Source: a candidate division WOR-3 bacterium
GTDB lineage: Bacteria; Hydrothermota; Tepidihabitantia; Tepidihabitantales; Tepidihabitantaceae
Direction: 5' to 3'
Assembly (NCBI GenBank): GCA_037441285.1
Contig: JBBISL010000002.1
Coordinates: 1-64,000, forward strand
DNA length: 64,000 nucleotides
Both the position numbers and the translations under genes were made by a program. Under the pieces are notes generated by a model, which searched no databases, had not been told where the DNA came from, and saw only the letters and a program-made list of their open reading frames with translations. Shown one piece after another: positions 1-8,958 of this stretch. How positions within the stretch are numbered: the stretch's first letter is position 1; every line of letters starts with the position of its first letter.

Positions 1-750
1 TTTAATCCGCTGGTATTCCCTACATCTACGCCAGCGGCCCCGCACACCTCCGAAGTAATGGATTATCCTCACTCTGGGGTCTAAGTAAACTTTCCATTCC
101 TTTACTCTGATTTGTTGACAGATATCGAGGTCCTCGGCAAACATAAAATAAGATTCATCAAAACCACCTACCGAAATATAGGCCGCGCGCCGAAATAGCA
201 TAAATGTTCCAATTACCGCTTCTACCTCTACGGGCGATGTCTTTTGCCAGACATCGGCGTAGAGAAACTCCCGCGCCGGTGCATAGTGTGGAAATAACCG
301 CACCAGCGGTGAACGGCGACCGGCAAATATATAACGTAATTTCGGCAAACGCCGGGAAGACGGCTGCGGTGTTTTGTCGGGATATAAAAGTTGCGGGCCA
401 ACCACCCCCGCCTCCTCATTCTCGGTCATAAATGCCACCAGTTTACTCACCGCCTGGGATGTAAACTCAATATCGGGATTGACAACCGCAACAAAATCAC
501 CCCGGGCATAAAAAAACCCTCGATTTGCTGCTGCTCCATAACCGCGGTTCTTTTTCAAAAGCACCAACCGACAGGAATAGCGTCGGCAAAGTTTCTTGAC
601 CTCTTCTCTATCATAGGAGCAATTATCGACAACAATTGTCTCCCTGTCCAGTTCAGGCTCGGCTTGTTTCAGGCTCAACAACGCCCTTTCGAGCAAAGCG
701 GTTGAATTGTAGTTTACGAAAACCAGCGAAATGTCCGGTTTTCCCTTCAT
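1..750 (-). CDS. Glycosyltransferase family 2 (WbbL/RfbF-like), 3' end runs off the window
   Basis: Not in the ORF track. Manual translation of both ends from ATG at 750: MKGKPDISLVFVNYNST...TIVVDNCSYD, and in the same frame GFDESYFMFAEDLD...VRIIHYFGG near base 1; typical GT2 motifs. Confidence 0.85.
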   Translation of the reverse strand, partial: MKGKPDISLVFVNYNSTALLERALLSLKQAEPELDRETIVVDNCSYDREEVKKLCRRYSCRLVLLKKNRGYGAAANRGFFYARGDFVAVVNPDIEFTSQAVSKLVAFMTENEEAGVVGPQLLYPDKTPQPSSRRLPKLRYIFAGRRSPLVRLFPHYAPAREFLYADVWQKTSPVEVEAVIGTFMLFRRAAYISVGGFDESYFMFAEDLDICQQIRVKEWKVYLDPRVRIIHYFGGVRGRWRRCREYQRIK

Positions 751-760
751 TACTTTCCGC

Positions 761-2095
761 TCATTTCTTGGCACCTGCACCGGCCCTCTGGGCGAAAATC
801 AACCATCCGCAAACCAGATAAAAAAATGGCAGCGCCGGGATTTTAAGCCTGCCGTCCGGCAAGGGCGCCGCGGCAAGAAGAAAGTACCAGCCCAGAACAG
901 CAAAAAATATCACCGGTAAATCGCGCCGTCTTACTATTCCAATGAGCGAAAAAAGCACCACCCCCAAGGTAATTATCATCTCAAGAATCGCCAGGATGAC
1001 CGTTACGAATCTATTTGTTAATGGCAGGTCGCTTGCCTTCAAGATATTTTTAAAAGTTGCCAGCCTTAGCTCACTCCCTGTTATCCGGAAAACGATTTCG
1101 TCCGATTTAATCCCCGTAATGATTTTAGACAGCCCTTGCAGATAAACCTTTGCGTAACGTAGCGGGTCGGAAATTATGATTCGGGTCGCTATTGTCCCGA
1201 GTTGTGCCGCCAAATCGAGCGGATTGTCACCGGTAAGTTTAACCGCGTAATCCCGTTCCAGTTTTTCGCGCGCTGCTTGAAACGGTATCCCCTCGCGGTC
1301 CGCAACCAGTGCCGCCGCATTGTAGAAAAGCAAATTGTACCCGCCGATGGAGCTAAAGCCCAGCCGCCGGTAATGACAGTAGTTTCTGACCATCCATCCG
1401 CCACACATTACGACAAAACCAAGAAAAAATAGTAACCCGCCCTTCCAGCGACCTTTTAATGCCAGCACCGCCAGAAAAGGTACCCAGGCAAAAAGCGCAA
1501 CCGGTCGAGTGAGTGCCGCCAGCCCCAGAACCACACCACTTATCGCCAATAAACCCGCCGCTGGCCTGCGCTGCGCGACCGAAAACAGCCAGCAGGAGAC
1601 AACAAGCAGAAACACAAACAGCGTCTCACTCATCACCATTCCGGTGTGAGCAATCGCCGGCAGGTCAAAAGCCATTAACATTGCGGCGAGCATACCAGCC
1701 CGCCTGCCGAACCAGAAATCGCCCAACAAGAAAAGAAAAAGAACTGTCAACGCACCCAACAACGATTGAAACGCGAAAAGCAAAATTGGGTTGTTGTTTA
1801 TCAGGGCAAGAAAAATCGGATAACCCGGCGTCCTAAAAGTCACCGCCGTTTTACCATCCCAGGAGAAAAAAAGTTTGGCGCGCAGATTTCTCCCCAGCTC
1901 CTGATACTGCTGGGAATCACCGATTTCGATATAAGCCCTGCGGAGATATTCTGATTCTGAAGCCGGGTATTTTACTATTTCGCCCGGAGAAAGTCGATTT
2001 TTGTAAAATCCCGCCACAACCAGTCTTAAAACCAGAGCCCCAAAGACAATCAACCCAACCCATCGTTGGGTAAACGAAATTTGTTTGCCAGCCAA
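761..2095 (-). CDS. GT-C fold membrane glycosyltransferase (ArnT/PMT_2, GT39-like)
   Basis: Multi-TM protein with GDSQQY..LG, FRTPGYPIFLA, MSETLF, LTRP motifs; directly upstream of the GT2 gene. Confidence 0.7.
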   Translation of the reverse strand: MAGKQISFTQRWVGLIVFGALVLRLVVAGFYKNRLSPGEIVKYPASESEYLRRAYIEIGDSQQYQELGRNLRAKLFFSWDGKTAVTFRTPGYPIFLALINNNPILLFAFQSLLGALTVLFLFLLGDFWFGRRAGMLAAMLMAFDLPAIAHTGMVMSETLFVFLLVVSCWLFSVAQRRPAAGLLAISGVVLGLAALTRPVALFAWVPFLAVLALKGRWKGGLLFFLGFVVMCGGWMVRNYCHYRRLGFSSIGGYNLLFYNAAALVADREGIPFQAAREKLERDYAVKLTGDNPLDLAAQLGTIATRIIISDPLRYAKVYLQGLSKIITGIKSDEIVFRITGSELRLATFKNILKASDLPLTNRFVTVILAILEMIITLGVVLFSLIGIVRRRDLPVIFFAVLGWYFLLAAAPLPDGRLKIPALPFFYLVCGWLIFAQRAGAGAKK

Positions 2096-2103
2096 TGATA
2101 AAT

Positions 2104-2183
2104 CTTATACCGGTTTCTCGTCTAATGTCAAGCCGAGGAAATCGCAGCCGTTTGCTTGACCACAACATCTAATTTCTTATAAT
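2104..2183. promoter_or_regulatory. Divergent sigma70-type promoters (GT-C gene and trpS), both apparently leaderless
   Basis: + strand TTGACC(2156-2161)-16-TATAAT(2178-2183), 7 nt before the trpS ATG. - strand TTGACA(2131-2126)-16-TATAAG(2109-2104), 8 nt before TTG 2095. Confidence 0.7.
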
Positions 2184-2190
2184 CGCACTA

Positions 2191-3177
2191 ATGGAAAAGA
2201 AACGCATTCTCACTGGTGACCGGCCCACCGGTCCGCTTCATCTGGGCCATTATGTTGGTTCTGTTGCCCACCGGGTCAAACTGCAGGATGAGTATGAAAC
2301 CTTTATCATCATTGCCGACATCCAGGCACTGACGACCAACTTTGACCGCCCGGAAAAATTGCGCGAAGATGTCCTTAATGTCGCAATGGACAATATCGCC
2401 TGCGGTGTTGACCCGAACAAAGCGACCATCTTTGTTCAGTCAATGGTTCCGGCAATTGCCGAATTGACAACGGTCTATGCCAACCTGGTTACCGTCCAGC
2501 AACTCTTTCACAACCCGACAATTAAAACTGAAGCCGCCCAGTACAATTTTGAGGAGTCAATGCCCTATGGCTTTTTGGGCTATCCGGTAAGTCAGGCGGC
2601 AGACATTACTTTCTGTCGTGCGCATCTTGTCCCCGTGGGCGAAGACCAGGCGCCCCATATCGAACTAACCCGTAAAATCGTCCGTAAGTTCAATGCAATC
2701 TACGCTCCGGTTCTCATTGAACCCGAGCCGATCTTGAACCCCCGCCTTGTCGGACTCGACGGCAACGCCAAGATGTCAAAGAGTTTGGGCAACGCGATTT
2801 ACCTCTCCGACCCTCCCGAAGAGATTACCCGGAAAGTCAATCGAGCCGTAACCGACCCGGCACGAATTCACCCTCAGGATAAAGGCCACCCCGAGGTTTG
2901 TGTCGTCTTTGCCTATCACAGTACATTTAATAAACAAGAGGCACCTGATATTGAAGAACGCTGCCAGCAGGGTAAAATCGGCTGTGTCCCTTGCAAAAAG
3001 CGCCTTGCCGAACTTCTCATCAAGTTTTTAGAACCAATCCAGCACCGGCGCCTTGAAATGGAAGAACATCCGGACACGGTCTGGGACATCCTGTTAAAAG
3101 GAACCCAGCGTGCCCGGGAGGAAGGTGAAAAAACAATGGCGCTGGTGCGTAATGCGATGAAGGTCGATTACTTCTAA
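2191..3177 (+). CDS. trpS: Tryptophan--tRNA ligase
   Basis: TGDRPTGPLHLGH (HIGH), YPVSQAADI, VPVGEDQ, KMSKS. Confidence 0.97.
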   Translation: MEKKRILTGDRPTGPLHLGHYVGSVAHRVKLQDEYETFIIIADIQALTTNFDRPEKLREDVLNVAMDNIACGVDPNKATIFVQSMVPAIAELTTVYANLVTVQQLFHNPTIKTEAAQYNFEESMPYGFLGYPVSQAADITFCRAHLVPVGEDQAPHIELTRKIVRKFNAIYAPVLIEPEPILNPRLVGLDGNAKMSKSLGNAIYLSDPPEEITRKVNRAVTDPARIHPQDKGHPEVCVVFAYHSTFNKQEAPDIEERCQQGKIGCVPCKKRLAELLIKFLEPIQHRRLEMEEHPDTVWDILLKGTQRAREEGEKTMALVRNAMKVDYF

Positions 3178-3228
3178 TCTGTACCATTAGCCAAATGCCC
3201 CGGCGTCACTTGCCCGATTACATTGACA

Positions 3229-3906
3229 ATGGCGAACAACCAACCTAATTGGGGTATCATCGTTGCCGCCGGTCAGGGAAAACGATTCGGAGGGCTGAAA
3301 CAGTTTGCCCTCATTAAAAACAGACCGCTGATTTTTTACAGTGTCCGCCCTTTTGAGCTCTGCTCATCGGTAAGCGGTTATGTTGTTGTAACAAACGAAT
3401 CAAAACTCGGGATGGTAAAAAACCTGCTGCAGCGCTATCGGTTCAAAAAACTGCTTGGGGTCGTCGCCGGTGGTAAAGAACGAATGGACTCAGTAGAACA
3501 GGGTCTGTTAAACCTGCCCGAAAAAGGCTATGTCGCGATTCATGACGGTGCCCGCCCGCTACTCAAGCCCAAAATGCTAATCCAGGGATTTCGGACTTGC
3601 CGCCGTTACCCGGCAGTCACCTTCGGAGTGCCGATATCTGACACCATCAAGGAAGTTAACAAGAGAAATCAAATCGTCCGGACCATTGACCGTTCTCGGC
3701 TGGTGGCGATTCAGACACCCCAGTTTTTCCGTCTGGACATCATCCGCCGTGCCTATGCTTATGCTCGGGCGAAAAATCTAACTGCCACCGATGACTGTGC
3801 ACTGGTCGAACATCTCAACATCGCTCCCCGACTGCTTCCTGGCTCGCCTTTGAACATCAAAATCACAACGAAAGAAGATTTACTCTTGTGCCAGGCACTC
3901 CTATGA
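3229..3906 (+). CDS. ispD: 2-C-methyl-D-erythritol 4-phosphate cytidylyltransferase
   Basis: AAGQGKRFG..KQF, HDGARP, QTPQ, TDD, NIKITT; next to dxr. Confidence 0.95.
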   Translation: MANNQPNWGIIVAAGQGKRFGGLKQFALIKNRPLIFYSVRPFELCSSVSGYVVVTNESKLGMVKNLLQRYRFKKLLGVVAGGKERMDSVEQGLLNLPEKGYVAIHDGARPLLKPKMLIQGFRTCRRYPAVTFGVPISDTIKEVNKRNQIVRTIDRSRLVAIQTPQFFRLDIIRRAYAYARAKNLTATDDCALVEHLNIAPRLLPGSPLNIKITTKEDLLLCQALL

Positions 3907-5069
3907 AACCAAAAAGGATTGCCGTGTTTGGTTCAACGGGTTCAATTGGCCAAGCCACCCTGCAAGTAATCGAGCATCTTCCTGATAAATTGCAACTGGT
4001 CGCCATCGCCGCCCACCAAACCGTGCCGGAGATTTGCCACCAGGTCCGGCGTTATCGGCCCCGATATGTTGTCCTCACCGACCCGGCAGCGAGTGAACGG
4101 GCGCAACTAAAATTAGGCAAAAGTTGTAAAATCCAGACAGGCGTCGATGTCCTTTCCGATATCGCCCGCTCTGATGAAGTTGATACCATCGTGATGGCGA
4201 TGAGCGGTACGGCGGGAATCGACGCCGTCATTACCGCCCTGAAAGCGGGCAAAACCGTTGCCTTGGCAACAAAAGAAATCCTTGTCAGTTACGGCAACCT
4301 GGTCACAGCTATTGCACGAAAATACCACGCTCAAATCTTACCCATTGACTCCGAACTCGCGGCATTACATCAATGCCTTAATGGTCGGGATTTAGGGACG
4401 GTTCGCAGACTTATCCTCACCGCCTCAGGCGGACCTTTCTGGCAAAAGGGCCCGCCCCATGACGCCCGGACCGAAACGGTCCTGCGCCATCCGGTTTGGA
4501 AGATGGGCAAAAAAATTACTGTTGACTCCGCGACCCTGATGAACAAAGGATTGGAGGTCATTGAAACCGTCCGACTCTTCGGTATCAAACCGGAACAGGT
4601 AACCACTCTTGTCCATCCTGAATCAATTGTTCATTCGCTGGCCGAATTTAAGGACGGCTCGCTCCTTGCCCAGCTCTCCCATCCTGATATGCGACTCCCG
4701 ATTCAGTACTGTCTCACCTATCCAGACCGGCTGCCTTCCCTGGTCCAGCCCTTGCAACTTGAAGAAATCCAGCACCTTCACTTCTTCCCCACCGATTTTC
4801 GTCGTTTCCCCTGCCTTAAACTTGCCTATGAGGCGCTGACAGCCGGACCGACGGCAACCTGTGTCCTCAACGCCGCCAACGAAATTGTGGTCAATGCCTT
4901 TCTCGCTAATAAAATTGCCTTTGGTTCAATTCCCAGTATAATAAAGAAAACTCTAAAAAAGTTTATGCGATTAAAGCAAAACACCCGCCCAACGCTTGCT
5001 ACCCTACGGCGAGCGGAAAAATGGGCCATTGACTACAGCCAAGCGTTGATCGAAAGGAGCAGCAGCTAA
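3903..5069 (+). CDS. dxr: 1-deoxy-D-xylulose 5-phosphate reductoisomerase
   Basis: GSTGSIG, PIDSE, LTASGGPF, WKMGKKITVDSATLMNKGLE, NAANE; ATG 3903 overlaps the ispD stop (ATGA). Confidence 0.96.
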   Translation: MKPKRIAVFGSTGSIGQATLQVIEHLPDKLQLVAIAAHQTVPEICHQVRRYRPRYVVLTDPAASERAQLKLGKSCKIQTGVDVLSDIARSDEVDTIVMAMSGTAGIDAVITALKAGKTVALATKEILVSYGNLVTAIARKYHAQILPIDSELAALHQCLNGRDLGTVRRLILTASGGPFWQKGPPHDARTETVLRHPVWKMGKKITVDSATLMNKGLEVIETVRLFGIKPEQVTTLVHPESIVHSLAEFKDGSLLAQLSHPDMRLPIQYCLTYPDRLPSLVQPLQLEEIQHLHFFPTDFRRFPCLKLAYEALTAGPTATCVLNAANEIVVNAFLANKIAFGSIPSIIKKTLKKFMRLKQNTRPTLATLRRAEKWAIDYSQALIERSSS

Positions 5070-5072
5070 TAA

Positions 5073-6332
5073 ATGGCAACATCCATTATTCTGGTCATCA
5101 TATTTATTGGGGTCCTTATCACCTTCCACGAGTTCGGCCATCTGATTGTCGCCAAACTTGCCCACATCCCAGTGGAATCGTTCTCCGTCGGTTTCGGACC
5201 GGTTATTTTCAAAAAGAAACTTGGTGAAACCGAATACCGCCTCTCTCTTATCCCCCTCGGCGGTTACATCAAGATGATTGGAGAAGAAAACCCCGAGGAA
5301 GGTGGCTTCAGCCAAAAACCGCTCGGCATCCGCATTGCGGTTATTGCCGCTGGTCCGCTCTTTAATCTCATTTTGGGTTTTGTAATGATGGTTGCGTTGT
5401 ACTTAATCTTTGGCGTCAAGTATCTGCCTCCAGTAGTTGACCCGGCTCCCGGTTCTCGGGCTGAAGCGATTGGACTACTACCGGGTGATACTATAGTCAG
5501 GGTCGCGGGCGAAACGATTCCCAATTTTGAGGCACTGGAGCAAACCCTGCAGGCAAACGCCGGCAAAGAAATATCGTTAACGGTGCGACGGAAAAACGAG
5601 CAATTGGTCTTCACCTATTCGGTTCCGGAAACTCTTGGTCTCGAACCGTTTATGCCACCGGTAATCGACCGTGTACGGGCTGGAAGTCCGGCGGCGAAGA
5701 TTGGGCTGAAGCCCGGTGACCGAATAATCTCCGTTGCGGGTGTAAATGTCCAGCGCTGGAACGACTTTGTCGAAATTGTGCGTAACAACGGCGGTAAAGC
5801 CATCTCGATAATCTTTCAGCGCGGTGACAGGATTTTTTCTGATTCAATTACACCCGCGATTGAAAAAGACCAGATGTCGGAAGAAAGGTTTGGCCAGATC
5901 GGTGTCTGGGTAATGTTGCCACGCATTTCCCTTTCTCTGCCCCGTGCTGTCTGGGAGGCATTGCGCCGCACCGGTTACATCACCGTACAGACCTTTGTGA
6001 TAATCTATAAAGTTATCACCCGCCAGATTTCAACCCGTGCCATCGGCGGACCGATTATGGTTGCCAAAATCGCCTATGAAGGGGCGTCGTGGGGTTCAGA
6101 ATACTTTCTTGCCCTTTGGGCGTTACTTTCCATCAATCTGTTTGTTGTCAATATGCTTCCTATTCCCGTCCTTGATGGCGGTCGAATCGTCCTTGACCTC
6201 ATCGGTGGCATTCGGCGCCGCCGTCTGTCGGACAAAGAACTCACCTGGGCATCAAACATTGGCTGGCTCCTCATCGGGCTCCTCATCGCATTCACAATTT
6301 TTAACGACCTGCTGAGGATTATCAAAAAGTGA
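5073..6332 (+). CDS. rseP: RIP metalloprotease RseP (two PDZ domains)
   Basis: HEFGH, IPLGGYIKM, AAGPLFN, NMLPIPVLDGG; follows dxr. Confidence 0.95.
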   Translation: MATSIILVIIFIGVLITFHEFGHLIVAKLAHIPVESFSVGFGPVIFKKKLGETEYRLSLIPLGGYIKMIGEENPEEGGFSQKPLGIRIAVIAAGPLFNLILGFVMMVALYLIFGVKYLPPVVDPAPGSRAEAIGLLPGDTIVRVAGETIPNFEALEQTLQANAGKEISLTVRRKNEQLVFTYSVPETLGLEPFMPPVIDRVRAGSPAAKIGLKPGDRIISVAGVNVQRWNDFVEIVRNNGGKAISIIFQRGDRIFSDSITPAIEKDQMSEERFGQIGVWVMLPRISLSLPRAVWEALRRTGYITVQTFVIIYKVITRQISTRAIGGPIMVAKIAYEGASWGSEYFLALWALLSINLFVVNMLPIPVLDGGRIVLDLIGGIRRRRLSDKELTWASNIGWLLIGLLIAFTIFNDLLRIIKK

Positions 6333-7564
6333 AAATCCTTGCAGTTGCGCTGGCTGATGAAGCGCACCGATTTGCCCCGGGTTATCCTCCTAAAGGTGCC
6401 TGGTTATTTCTCCGCCCCGACATAGAAATCAGCCGTCTTGCCTCCCTGTGTGTCTCAGACCAGTTTATCTACCTTGATGAACGGGTAGAGAAAATAGAAG
6501 CCTCCCCGGACTTTGACCTAATCCTCGCCCGGTGCAACTTCGGACAGGAAGAAACTGCTCGCTGGTTAGTAGAGGAATTCGCCCGGGTCAAGCAGCCGGT
6601 AATACTTTTTGGACCCGCTGTAACCGCCTGGGGCACAAATCCTCCTCCTTGGGTAACCAACTGGGTAATAGGCGATATCACTTCGGTATTCGCTGAAATT
6701 CGAACTGATGCATTGCACCACCAGTTAAAACCATTATATCAAGCCTCTTGTCAACCCAATTATGTCGTCCCGAAATATGGTTTGGGCAAAAGACCGGTTA
6801 TGAATACCCTCTACCAGACAGCTCAATTTGTGCGGGGCTGTGCCTGTCCCGAACCGCTCCGTCATCTTTGTCCTGAATACCTCTATTACCGGGAAAACAC
6901 CCGATTGCGTCGTAAAGACGAGGTCATTGGTGAAATCCTATCACTACCCGGGAAACAAATTCACCTTCTTGATGAAGACATCACCCGCTTCCCAGAATAC
7001 TACTATGACCTGTTTAAAATCCTCTGGAACTATCGCCGCCACTGGTCGGTTAATGCCGGTGACACCCTGTTCCGCTATCCCGATTTTATCCGCCTGCTCG
7101 CGAAAGCCGGGACGAAAATAATCTATTTAAATGACACCTTCCTTACCGCTCGTCTTAAAACCGCCCTTGCTTCCCAAAAATTGACGAAACAGCTTTATCA
7201 TCGCGTAAAATTCCTGCAGTCCCGACGGATACTCGTCGGTGCCAGACTTACTCTAACTATCGACGAAAAGGACTTCAACGCAATCGCCACCCTCCTCTCT
7301 CGAATTGACCTCGATTTTGTCGAAGTCAGATTTATAACCGATGGTCCCGATGGGAAAAAACATCTCGTTCCCTTAACCTATCATCCGATGCTTAAACCAG
7401 AGGACCCGGCCTGGGTAAAAAACCGATTCTACGCCCTCAGTGCCCTGCTTGACCGATTTATCCGTCGCCCCCGGCGTGTTGGCTTTTATTCTACTGCTGC
7501 CTATCTCATCCCTTACAGCCTTGCCTACCGGCAGAATTTCCTTGAAGGGTTGCCTTATCCCTAA
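6329..7564 (+). CDS. Divergent B12-binding/radical-SAM-like protein with non-canonical Cys motif
   Basis: Layout follows B12-radical SAM proteins (LDER.E, PVILFGP, VIGD, QFVRGC, EVIGEI, LLDED) but the Cys motif is CACPEPLRHLC. Confidence 0.6.
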   Translation: MKILAVALADEAHRFAPGYPPKGAWLFLRPDIEISRLASLCVSDQFIYLDERVEKIEASPDFDLILARCNFGQEETARWLVEEFARVKQPVILFGPAVTAWGTNPPPWVTNWVIGDITSVFAEIRTDALHHQLKPLYQASCQPNYVVPKYGLGKRPVMNTLYQTAQFVRGCACPEPLRHLCPEYLYYRENTRLRRKDEVIGEILSLPGKQIHLLDEDITRFPEYYYDLFKILWNYRRHWSVNAGDTLFRYPDFIRLLAKAGTKIIYLNDTFLTARLKTALASQKLTKQLYHRVKFLQSRRILVGARLTLTIDEKDFNAIATLLSRIDLDFVEVRFITDGPDGKKHLVPLTYHPMLKPEDPAWVKNRFYALSALLDRFIRRPRRVGFYSTAAYLIPYSLAYRQNFLEGLPYP

Positions 7565-7586
7565 AAAATTACCTTTTGCCGCCGGC

Positions 7587-7826
7587 TTAAATCACCGGCT
7601 CGATTCGCACAACCTCAGGAACAATCTCCTTAATTGTCTGCTCAACACTCACCGCAACCGTCATACTGGAAAAAGGACAGTGCGCACAGGCGCCCTTGAG
7701 ACGAACTTTTACCACCCCTTCTTCTGTAACCTCGACCAACTCAATATCGCCCCCGTCCATTCTGAGGTTGGGTCGCACCTTTTCCTCAATCACTTTCTTA
7801 ATTTTATCCTTTGTCTCTTGATTCAT
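7587..7826 (-). CDS. NifU/NfuA C-terminal-type Fe-S carrier
   Basis: VRPNLRMDGGDIELV, GACAHCPFS. Confidence 0.92.
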   Translation of the reverse strand: MNQETKDKIKKVIEEKVRPNLRMDGGDIELVEVTEEGVVKVRLKGACAHCPFSSMTVAVSVEQTIKEIVPEVVRIEPVI

Positions 7827-8877
7827 TTATGCTCCTTTTTACCAGCGGTTCTGCTACCGGTGCCCGGTCATGGTCCCAGACGATTTGCCATTCCCCCAGT
7901 TCTTCATCCTTTAATGCCTTGACGGCAAGTTCCCGGTCCCCGAATTTTATCTTCACGGTCTGCCCATCGGTGGCGTCAGAATAACGAGCACAAATCCGTG
8001 CCACTATTTCGGCATCCTTTTTAGTTTTCTTCTTCGCCCGATACAACGCAACCGGACCCATCACATCTACCATTTTACATACAACCATCTCCGGTTCCTG
8101 TGCCAGCTGCTCTAAAACACCATTTTCTTTTTCATTGCGCCCGACAATCAATTTCGCTCCGCTCGACAACCGGAAATGTCGACCGTAACGCAGCAACTTG
8201 ACTTCCGGTAAGGTCAACTCGTTATGTTCAATCGCATCCCGACAGCGCGCGGCAAAATTACTGTCGGTCAAAAGGCAGCCGCCCCCGGGAATCGGGTAAT
8301 CAACAATGCCGAACTCCCGTGCCAGCCTTATCTGCCGGCGCCTCTTCTGCCCATGAAAATCGAAAAATCGTTCGCGCCGCACCAATCCGGTCAACTCCGG
8401 AATTGTTGGGTCAAGAATCTTTGCGGAAAGCGGACGCAAAACTCTACCGTTTAACCCGTTAGTTTTCTCCAGAATCTTCAGCGACCTTTTATTTTGCGAA
8501 AAGGGCTGTTGTCCCAGTACCTCTCCGGTAAAGACAAAATCGGCTTTAATCTCCTCCATCAACTCTTTTGCCTTTTTTAACATATAAGCCCGGCAGTCAA
8601 CACAGGGCGCAAGATTTCGGGTATAACCAAACTGGGGAGCACGTACAATATCAAGATAATCTGCCCCGACCTCAACCGAAACCAAACTCACCCCCAGTAA
8701 ATCTGCCAGTGATTGTAATTGCTCTGCGTTCGGAAATCGACCGGGCACGGCAAACGGCACCTGAAAATGAAGGGCAACAACATTAACCCCCTGCTCGGTA
8801 ATCAATTTTGTCGCGAGAATTGAGTCAAGGCTACCGGAAAAAAGTCCAATCGCTTTTGCTTTCCGGCTGGAAATCAT
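7804..8877 (-). CDS. PP-loop tRNA sulfurtransferase-like protein (ThiI/MnmA-related)
   Basis: GLFSGSLDS PP-loop variant, PCVDC, GEVLGQ, LRPLSAK, GGCLLTD, GRHFRL, IVGRN..EN. Confidence 0.75.
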   Translation of the reverse strand: MISSRKAKAIGLFSGSLDSILATKLITEQGVNVVALHFQVPFAVPGRFPNAEQLQSLADLLGVSLVSVEVGADYLDIVRAPQFGYTRNLAPCVDCRAYMLKKAKELMEEIKADFVFTGEVLGQQPFSQNKRSLKILEKTNGLNGRVLRPLSAKILDPTIPELTGLVRRERFFDFHGQKRRRQIRLAREFGIVDYPIPGGGCLLTDSNFAARCRDAIEHNELTLPEVKLLRYGRHFRLSSGAKLIVGRNEKENGVLEQLAQEPEMVVCKMVDVMGPVALYRAKKKTKKDAEIVARICARYSDATDGQTVKIKFGDRELAVKALKDEELGEWQIVWDHDRAPVAEPLVKRSINESRDKG

Positions 8878-8958
8878 TTTTCTTCCATTCCCTTCAAGAA
8901 AACCACTACCATTATATTTATAAATTCTATTCCCGATACAATCGAAGTCAAGAAAACA

